IMG/VR virus record: IMGVR_UViG_3300032093_000013
DNA from: a virus
Strand: one strand, 5' to 3'
Length of the DNA stretch: 64,000 bases
A program made the position numbers and the translations under genes. Under the pieces are notes generated by a model. That model was not told the origin of the DNA and did no database searches. It saw nothing but the letters and a program-made list of their open reading frames with translations. This document shows, piece by piece, positions 58,009 through 64,000 of the stretch (positions are counted from its first letter, which is position 1; each line of letters starts with the position of its first letter).

Positions 58009-58168
58009 TCGCATTCAAGATCGTAAGAAACAGCAGACATCATCTCAGACATTAGTTTTGACCGAAGTTTGTGAACATCATACTCAATCAGTTCGGACAA
58101 GTCATCCCAATCCTGATAATACGTGAACACATTCAACATTGCACCCAGTTCAGTCGTTGAAAGAGACA

Positions 58169-58432
58169 TCAGCAAGCACCATAGAAAGGATTACCCAGTT
58201 GAGGCAGATCGGAGTTGTCACCAGTTTCGGTATAACCCAGTGCCAGACGCTCACGAATCGCAAGAGTCTTCTCAACACGATTCAGAAACTTCTTGGAGAT
58301 TTGATCCACACCTTTCCAAGACAGAACCTGCAGACACCATTCTTGGCTGATGTCACCGTAGGGGGTCTTCACAGGGTAGTATCCGACCAGCATCGTGCCG
58401 TCTGCAGACTGGAGAGTGGGGAAGGTGGTCAT
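58169..58432 (-). CDS. early hypothetical protein
   Basis: 87 aa; TATAAT at 58457-58462 with upstream motif. Confidence 0.7.
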   Translation of the reverse strand: MTTFPTLQSADGTMLVGYYPVKTPYGDISQEWCLQVLSWKGVDQISKKFLNRVEKTLAIRERLALGYTETGDNSDLPQLGNPFYGAC

Positions 58433-58464
58433 GGAGTGTCCCTCGATTACCTTGTAATTATAGG

Positions 58465-58668
58465 TCAGAAGGACGGCACCACGTCGTTGCGTAGACCAGT
58501 TTGCGAACTGTCCATCTGCTCAAAGACCGTGTAAAGTTTGTTGTACAGTGCTGGTACACTTCCATATTCTCTTGCGATTTGATTCTCATCACGGAGATTC
58601 AATAACTGAAGTGCGGATAGAATTACACCAACTTCATGAACATTTAGATTAACATTTGCTTCGGTCAT
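58465..58668 (-). CDS. hypothetical protein
   Basis: LNVHEVGVILSALQLL..YGSVPALYNKL. Confidence 0.7.
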   Translation of the reverse strand: MTEANVNLNVHEVGVILSALQLLNLRDENQIAREYGSVPALYNKLYTVFEQMDSSQTGLRNDVVPSF

Positions 58669-58889
58669 TTCTTTTCAGTCTCCTTTGCTACAGGTTTAGG
58701 TGTTGTGTAAGGAACTCTACCAGTCTCATTGTACATCAGAATGTCGTATTTGAACTTACATTCCAATGGTTTTTGATTACACATTTTCAGTGTGTCATTG
58801 TGTGATGATTGTGAATAAAAACCACCACCAGTGATAAATCCAAGCATTGCGATTAAAGCAAAACTAGGATACAAAACAACTTCTTTCAT
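58665..58889 (-). CDS. small membrane-anchored protein
   Basis: N-terminal hydrophobic helix, Cys pair. Confidence 0.65.
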   Translation of the reverse strand: MKEVVLYPSFALIAMLGFITGGGFYSQSSHNDTLKMCNQKPLECKFKYDILMYNETGRVPYTTPKPVAKETEKK

Positions 58890-58892
58890 GAT

Positions 58893-59276
58893 TCAATCCC
58901 AACTAACATTTTGAAGAAGAAAACCAGGCATCACCATACTCCAGGCACCCTCCTGATTGATACCACCAACTTTATATTCCCACTTATAAGCAAACTTATT
59001 ATGACTGTCCCAAGTCATAAAACCTTTCTCCTTATCAAACCAAGATTTGATAGTCAGACCAAACTTGTTAGAAAAGATATTGCGAGTGCGAAGTGCTCCA
59101 CCAGTTTCGCGGGTTTCTACTACTTTACACACATCATGATAGGTTTGAAGACTTGATTCTAAGGCACAAGGAGTTTCATATGTAAAGGGGCGATATGTTT
59201 TAGGTTTTGCTGGTGCGGTCTGTGCCAATGCAGGAGAGGCAAACAGCAGGGCAGTCAGCAATAGAAGTTTTTTCAT
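58893..59276 (-). CDS. secreted/periplasmic hypothetical protein
   Basis: Signal peptide MKKLLLLTALLFASPALA. Confidence 0.75.
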   Translation of the reverse strand: MKKLLLLTALLFASPALAQTAPAKPKTYRPFTYETPCALESSLQTYHDVCKVVETRETGGALRTRNIFSNKFGLTIKSWFDKEKGFMTWDSHNKFAYKWEYKVGGINQEGAWSMVMPGFLLQNVSWD

Positions 59277-59576
59277 TCTTCAGATTCGTCAAGTGCAAGT
59301 TCCAAATAATTATAACCAATCACTTGTCTTCCTGCATGAGTGGAAGTATCAATTTCCACACCTTGATCAGACAGTTTATTCAGTCGGCGGGCAGTCGCCT
59401 CATTCATTTTTGTGGTCCAATAATAACTCATTGATTTCCTCCGGTTTTGTTATATTCTATCATAGAACGCCGTGCTGCGTAAGCCTCAAATTCAGATGCA
59501 AATGATGCAATGGTGCGTCCAGTATCAGTCCAGACCAGATACCAACGATTCGCAAACTGTTTGATGTAAATGGGTT

Positions 59577-59738
59577 TCATACAGAAAGAGTAACGTCGAT
59601 TTCTTTGATATTCAAACCACAGAGTTGCTCATACACACGCCTACAGATAATATCGGTTGCTTTCTTTGCTTTGGACTTCTCATACCAGATGGTGCGAAGT
59701 CCATCAAAAGTGGTGACTTGAATGCGGTAGTTTTTCAT
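59577..59738 (-). CDS. early hypothetical protein (53 aa)
   Basis: MKNYRIQVTTFDG...; TATAAT at 59772-59777 with motif 31 bp upstream. Confidence 0.65.
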   Translation of the reverse strand: MKNYRIQVTTFDGLRTIWYEKSKAKKATDIICRRVYEQLCGLNIKEIDVTLSV

Positions 59739-59827
59739 CAGAAGCGGGTGTTTCCCCTTGACTACCCTTGTATTATAGGGCAATACAGGAGACAGCGCAG
59801 TGCCCCCTGTGCCAGTTTTTGAATTGG

Positions 59828-60661
59828 TCAGTTCAGGGCGTCAAAGACAGTGCTTTGTGGTGTAATGTCCTGACACAACTCCCAGTAGGTTTGGTCAATC
59901 TCAAATCCAATATACTTACGGTCTGCTTTGATTGCCATTCTTGCCGTTGTGCCACTGCCCATAAATGGATCTAAAACAAGGTCACCAGGATTGGTCCAAG
60001 TGATAATATGATCGTAGGCAAGTTGCTCTGGCATGGTAGCAGGATGCTCATATGCTCTTTTATTGGATTGTCCAAATCCACCACTATTCTTGATTTTCCA
60101 GATATTCGTACGAGCACCAAACTCCTTGATTTCTTTTGTCTTTTCGTCTGTAATCTCCAGACTTCCATCCTTCTTCCGAGCACGTGCATTTCCCCAGGAC
60201 TTATGCCCTGCCCAGGCATTTGGTTTGTCCATGATAATATTCACCGTCTTGGGTTTGCCTTTGCTCAGAATAAAACAATACTCAAATGCCTGCGAATAGC
60301 GCAGCGACTTTTCACCAGCAGCAAAAGCAATTCCTGTCTTTTCGTAAATCATGGTATCATGCAGACGCAATCCGCACTCATCCATAAAGTAAAGTGCCTG
60401 GCGAAAACTACTTCCAGTTTCGCCACCATCAATTGTTGCGTCCCCAACATTCCACATGATAACCCCACCAGGTTTCAATACTCTGGCAAGTGCTTGTGCA
60501 ACATCTTTAAAGACATTAAAATCCCACTTGGAGGAATCGTTATACGTTCTTAAATCATCATATGGAGGAGAGGTTACACACAAATCCACAGATTCTGCAT
60601 TCATGGCATTCATGCCATCAACACAGCTATCATTATAAACTCGGTTTGTCTCCATAGTCAT
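59828..60661 (-). CDS. DNA methyltransferase, beta class (N4-C/N6-A)
   Basis: TSPPY motif IV in the N-terminal part; HPATMP and LDPFMGSGTT motif I in the C-terminal part. Confidence 0.93.
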   Translation of the reverse strand: MTMETNRVYNDSCVDGMNAMNAESVDLCVTSPPYDDLRTYNDSSKWDFNVFKDVAQALARVLKPGGVIMWNVGDATIDGGETGSSFRQALYFMDECGLRLHDTMIYEKTGIAFAAGEKSLRYSQAFEYCFILSKGKPKTVNIIMDKPNAWAGHKSWGNARARKKDGSLEITDEKTKEIKEFGARTNIWKIKNSGGFGQSNKRAYEHPATMPEQLAYDHIITWTNPGDLVLDPFMGSGTTARMAIKADRKYIGFEIDQTYWELCQDITPQSTVFDALN

Positions 60662-60712
60662 CTAAGATTGAAACTACTATTATAGCAGAATGTAAGCATG
60701 AAATGCAACTTA

Positions 60713-61102
60713 TCAACAGGCAAAAGAAAGACCTCCGATTGCAGCACCTGCAGCAGTTGCCCAACCATAATTATCAGGATATGCACTTGCAGCAGCACGA
60801 CCAATCGCCCCACCCAAAACAGTTCCTAACAAAGTTCTTGTAGGATTGCAATTTGGATTTGTTGCTCTGCCATATCCACCCCCACCATAATACTGATTGG
60901 TAGGTCTCCAACCTTGATTGACATTGTTACAGGGCACATTATAAGTTTGCACACTCACACCGCCAGCAACATAGTTGCCAAAGCGATCGTATCCACCAGG
61001 GCGATAAACCTCTTGATTTTGAGTGCAAACTGCAAATTGATTTACCTGCTGAGCAAAAACAGGTGCGGGAAGAAACAAAAGGGCAGAAAGAAGATACTTC
61101 AT
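60713..61102 (-). CDS. signal-peptide protein with glycine-zipper C-terminus
   Basis: MKYLLSALLFLPAPVFA; GTVLGGAIG...AAGAAIGG. Confidence 0.75.
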   Translation of the reverse strand: MKYLLSALLFLPAPVFAQQVNQFAVCTQNQEVYRPGGYDRFGNYVAGGVSVQTYNVPCNNVNQGWRPTNQYYGGGGYGRATNPNCNPTRTLLGTVLGGAIGRAAASAYPDNYGWATAAGAAIGGLSFAC

Positions 61103-61126
61103 GAATCTGATGTGTAATAAGAGTAA

Positions 61127-61600
61127 TTATGCCACCAGTAGGCGGTTGGGGAATAACTGTGCCACTTGCGAATTAGTCCACCCATTCTTCTCAAATAGGT
61201 ACTCAAGATATAGGGTTTCTTCTTGCTCCCGTGCCTCAATTTCGTGTGGTTGATGCCAATAGTCGTAATTTTCAACGGGTTCTTTACCATAATACATTTT
61301 TCCACGCTTGGACCGCAGCGAACCGACTACCCATTGTCGCAGGTGGACCAGTTCGTGTAAAAGAGTTTTTATATACAACTCCTCCTCCATATGGGTCTGA
61401 AGTTCAATCAGAAACTCACGGGGACGATAGGATTCTCCCACATAGTCACAGTATCCATAAACTTCCTCACGTTTCAAACCACGATGAAGAATCTCCACCT
61501 CAATCTTATGACGGGGCAGAAACTTATTCAGAAACCAAGTGGTAACGTCCTCACAGAGGAGTTTAGAATAACCGTATCCAGAATACGTGATGTAAGACAT
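61127..61600 (-). CDS. zincin-like metallopeptidase
   Basis: HELVH (HExxH) and downstream PHEIEA. Confidence 0.75.
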   Translation of the reverse strand: MSYITYSGYGYSKLLCEDVTTWFLNKFLPRHKIEVEILHRGLKREEVYGYCDYVGESYRPREFLIELQTHMEEELYIKTLLHELVHLRQWVVGSLRSKRGKMYYGKEPVENYDYWHQPHEIEAREQEETLYLEYLFEKNGWTNSQVAQLFPNRLLVA

Positions 61601-61734
61601 TGACCCCAGTGCAAAAACCAAACGAAAGATGAAACAAAAAGCAGTTTTTCTTTAGAAGTCATCGGGAGTTTCAATTAACTTTCCAACAATTACTGCAACA
61701 GGAACAGAAAGTAAAATCCATAAAAGTATCCAAG

Positions 61735-61968
61735 TCATCGGGCGATCACATCCAAGGATTCCAACAGCATCATCGCAAGATCCATACGATTGTCTTCATC
61801 AACCACAGGAATGTTATCATCAACAAATTCGGAAGCAAGTTGTCCAAAGAGTTCAATTGTCCGCTCATCAGAAAATACAGATGTGGCAAACTCACTCTTG
61901 AAACCATCACGCAGCAGTCGCAGAGACTTGGTGATGGTCAATTCACGGATTTCGTTAGCGTAGGTCAT
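61735..61968 (-). CDS. hypothetical acidic protein
   Basis: MTYANEIRELTITKSLRLLRDGFK... Confidence 0.7.
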   Translation of the reverse strand: MTYANEIRELTITKSLRLLRDGFKSEFATSVFSDERTIELFGQLASEFVDDNIPVVDEDNRMDLAMMLLESLDVIAR

Positions 61969-61997
61969 TTTAAGGAATTGTTGAGTTGGGATAAACA

Positions 61998-62429
61998 TCA
62001 GCGGGCGTAAAGGTAGGAACCTGCCCAGTCAGCATGTTGAAGCAACCATTCACGCTGCTCAATGATGCGAAGATCGTAGCGAACACCCTTGGCAGGTGCT
62101 TTCCAGGATGCAGACTTGTAGACTTGACCAGTCTTCTTGTCCACAAAAGCGTGGACAGAACGCGAACCATTCGCATTCATAATGATTTTGTGATACTTAC
62201 GACCAGTCTCAGGGTAGAAGTCATAGTCACAAGTGCCCTGCTTCAGATTCTCAATGCAAGCATCGTGATACTCTACATCAGATGTACGAAGTTGATGACT
62301 CCGAATAGAGTAATCAATGTAGTTCTGACGCAGTGCCTCACAGAGGGCATAGGTGTGCCCCAGAACAGCAGCAGCGATGTCTTTCCGTGCCTCAGCAGCA
62401 GCGGCGTAGTCAGCGAAGGTGGTGGTCAT
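61998..62429 (-). CDS. conserved phage early protein
   Basis: GRKYHKI, SVHAFVDKKTGQVYKSASWKAPAKGVRY, DWAGSYLY. Confidence 0.8.
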   Translation of the reverse strand: MTTTFADYAAAAEARKDIAAAVLGHTYALCEALRQNYIDYSIRSHQLRTSDVEYHDACIENLKQGTCDYDFYPETGRKYHKIIMNANGSRSVHAFVDKKTGQVYKSASWKAPAKGVRYDLRIIEQREWLLQHADWAGSYLYAR

Positions 62430-62481
62430 TGCCTGGTTGCGTATGTGCTTATTATAAGGCACCTAGGCGCCTCTCAGAGCG

Positions 62482-62607
62482 TCAGTATGCCAGTTCAGGA
62501 TCTGGCACCCAATAGTCATCATTCTCCAAATAACCCATCCAATCTTGTGGATCAGACTCATACAGAGCGATCTCCCGCAGTTCATCAATCAGTTCAGACA
62601 GGTCCAT
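62482..62607 (-). CDS. acidic microprotein (41 aa)
   Basis: Manual: MDLSELIDELREIALYESDPQDWMGYLENDDYWVPDPELAY; TGcTATAAT at 62633-62641. Confidence 0.6.
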   Translation of the reverse strand: MDLSELIDELREIALYESDPQDWMGYLENDDYWVPDPELAY

Positions 62608-62728
62608 TGGATTGGCGTTCAACTACCTCAGTATTATAGCATAAAACCCGCCTGGTGGGGCGGGTCTTAAAGAATCCTTATAACTTCCAGTTCAACGATA
62701 CCAAAGGTATCTATACAAATTCATATTT

Positions 62729-63109
62729 TCACACAGCAAGAGCACCAGAAGGAATCTCTACACCTTCAAGGTAGGTTTCATGCCAGTCGCAAGTGTCATA
62801 GCACAACCAACCTTCTTCTTGAGTATAAACATAACCATACTCTTCACCGTTTTGAAGAAACTCACCCAGATTAGCATCAAGGCGAGGGGGGCAATCTTCA
62901 CCACGGGCACTATAATACTCGGGTTTCTTATCTTCTGCCCAGCACGTGCTCATATCACCACCGTCAATCAGGTCGGCAGCAAGTTCTTTGCTATTGTAGT
63001 GCGTCTTCAGGATGCGACCCAACCATTCGGGATACGAGTCCCAATGATGATAACTGCTCAAGATGCTTCCATCAGAAAGTTCGATTCCGATTCTTCCACG
63101 AGTTGCCAT
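62729..63109 (-). CDS. conserved phage early protein
   Basis: MATRGRIG...YHHWDSYPEWLG, LIDGGDMS, EEYGYVY. Confidence 0.8.
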   Translation of the reverse strand: MATRGRIGIELSDGSILSSYHHWDSYPEWLGRILKTHYNSKELAADLIDGGDMSTCWAEDKKPEYYSARGEDCPPRLDANLGEFLQNGEEYGYVYTQEEGWLCYDTCDWHETYLEGVEIPSGALAV

Positions 63110-63134
63110 TGAGGTGTCTGTCGATTACCCACAT

Positions 63135-63192
63135 ATTATAAGGGGTCTCCCAGCGAACCAGGAGACCCCTTGTGCCAGTTTTCTAACTGTCC
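63135..63192 (-). promoter_or_regulatory. early promoter: motif, 10-bp GC stem-loop, TATAAT
   Basis: GGACAGTTAGAAAACTGGCAC-a-AGGGGTCTCC..GGAGACCCCT-TATAAT. Confidence 0.8.
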
Positions 63193-63405
63193 TCAGTCAT
63201 CATACACTCTACACTCTAATGCATCAGGATTGGCATCACAATAAAGTTCCAGTGGTGTAGGATCGTGAGAGTCTTCAGGATGGTGTTCTTTATATGTTTT
63301 AAGTGCTTCTAGTTCTTCTTCAGTATGTCTCCTTGATTGTGGAGAAATAGTTGGGTCACTCAAAAGGTCCTCGTCCTTTTGAATATGTTGATCGATGTTA
63401 TCCAT
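63193..63405 (-). CDS. cp12: CP12 Calvin-cycle inhibitor (auxiliary metabolic gene)
   Basis: 70 aa, C-terminal PTPLELYCDANPDALECRVYDD; start MDNIDQHI. Confidence 0.92.
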   Translation of the reverse strand: MDNIDQHIQKDEDLLSDPTISPQSRRHTEEELEALKTYKEHHPEDSHDPTPLELYCDANPDALECRVYDD

Positions 63406-63433
63406 AGTTTTGTAACGTGATGACATATTTATT

Positions 63434-63610
63434 TTATTTTGGTGAGTTATCCTCTTTACCTTCAAGAGAACGAACCATCAATTCAGTGAATTTTTCCATT
63501 TTTTCGGCAGAAACTGTCTGCGGAGCATATGTAATTGCATCTTTCAGTGCTATAAGTTCGCTCCATTCTTCTTTTGTAAGAATTTCAGGTCCAGTTTTTG
63601 CTAGAGTCAT
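63434..63610 (-). CDS. hypothetical protein (58 aa)
   Basis: Manual: MTLAKTGPEILTKEEWSELIALKDAITYAPQTVSAEKMEKFTELMVRSLEGKEDNSPK. Confidence 0.65.
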   Translation of the reverse strand: MTLAKTGPEILTKEEWSELIALKDAITYAPQTVSAEKMEKFTELMVRSLEGKEDNSPK

Positions 63611-63694
63611 AGGTTTTTTGCGGTGTGTCCCAATATTAGCATTTCAATACATTACTATCTAGAAGTTTAATATTTTCTTCGGGATTGGGTTACA

Positions 63695-64000
63695 TTACTT
63701 AATGAAGTCGTCAAGTGCATCAAGATCATCTTGCAAATCCTTCTCCCTCTTCTTATCGTGATAATAAGACCACAGAGCATTATGTACATCCATCAGGTGA
63801 TCAATCCAGAAACCAGCAGGATAAACACCTAGAGCATCTTGAAGACCACGATGGCTCGTTCCTTCACTTTCTGCCTTACACATAATGTAGCAGATTGCCT
63901 GAACCATATCAAGTTTGTCTGATTCAGAAAGCATAAAATACTTTCCTACTGCTCGTTGCTTTGCTTCTTCAGATTCTTTCTGAAGTTGCTTACAGGCATC
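63695..64000 (-). CDS. hypothetical protein, probably truncated at window edge
   Basis: ORF track gives 63695-63934; the frame appears to stay open towards the window end. Confidence 0.6.
   Translation of the reverse strand, partial: DACKQLQKESEEAKQRAVGKYFMLSESDKLDMVQAICYIMCKAESEGTSHRGLQDALGVYPAGFWIDHLMDVHNALWSYYHDKKREKDLQDDLDALDDFIK

Noticed and set aside
213-63662. Numerous + strand ORFs in the track (e.g. 19412-20122, 52521-53171, 53184-53891, 54217-54855, 62034-62639)
   Set aside because: They are antisense shadows of well-supported minus-strand genes, with no recognisable motifs

Overview
This is a segment of a T4-like (Kyanoviridae-type) cyanomyophage genome. A GC-rich freshwater picocyanobacterial host is inferred, not shown. 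Essentially all real genes are on the minus strand. Positions 1-6.8 kb carry gp46/gp47, the gp55 late sigma factor, uvsW, uvsY and gp3. Positions 6.9-48.3 kb are the AT-rich virion morphogenesis block (gp23, 22, 21, 20, 19, 18, 17, 16, 15, 14, 13, a DUF4815/VrlC-like protein, gp8, gp7, gp6, gp25) with TATAAATA late promoters. That block also contains an unannotated 58-aa NblA-like ORF and a modular, putatively gp21-processed internal polyprotein between the terminase genes. Positions 48.3-50.9 kb hold speD plus ATP-grasp-like, glycosyltransferase-like and AbrB-like genes. At about 51.07 kb the composition jumps abruptly to about 63% GC (hand-counted sample lines). An early region follows, built of one-gene/one-promoter micro-cassettes, at least 12 of which share an inverted-repeat motif placed 30-31 bp from the -10 box; a 13th copy lies near the window start. 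The early region includes a PD-(D/E)XK nuclease-like gene, an RNA-ligase-like gene, a DNA methyltransferase, many acidic microproteins and cp12. A roughly 0.8-kb control locus (55.45-56.28 kb) carries two 11-8-11 inverted-repeat sites, five CTCGWCGAG palindromes, divergent sigma70 promoters, 20-bp tandem repeats and an AT-rich tract; it is a candidate origin/recombination locus. No tRNA, rRNA or CRISPR array was recognised.
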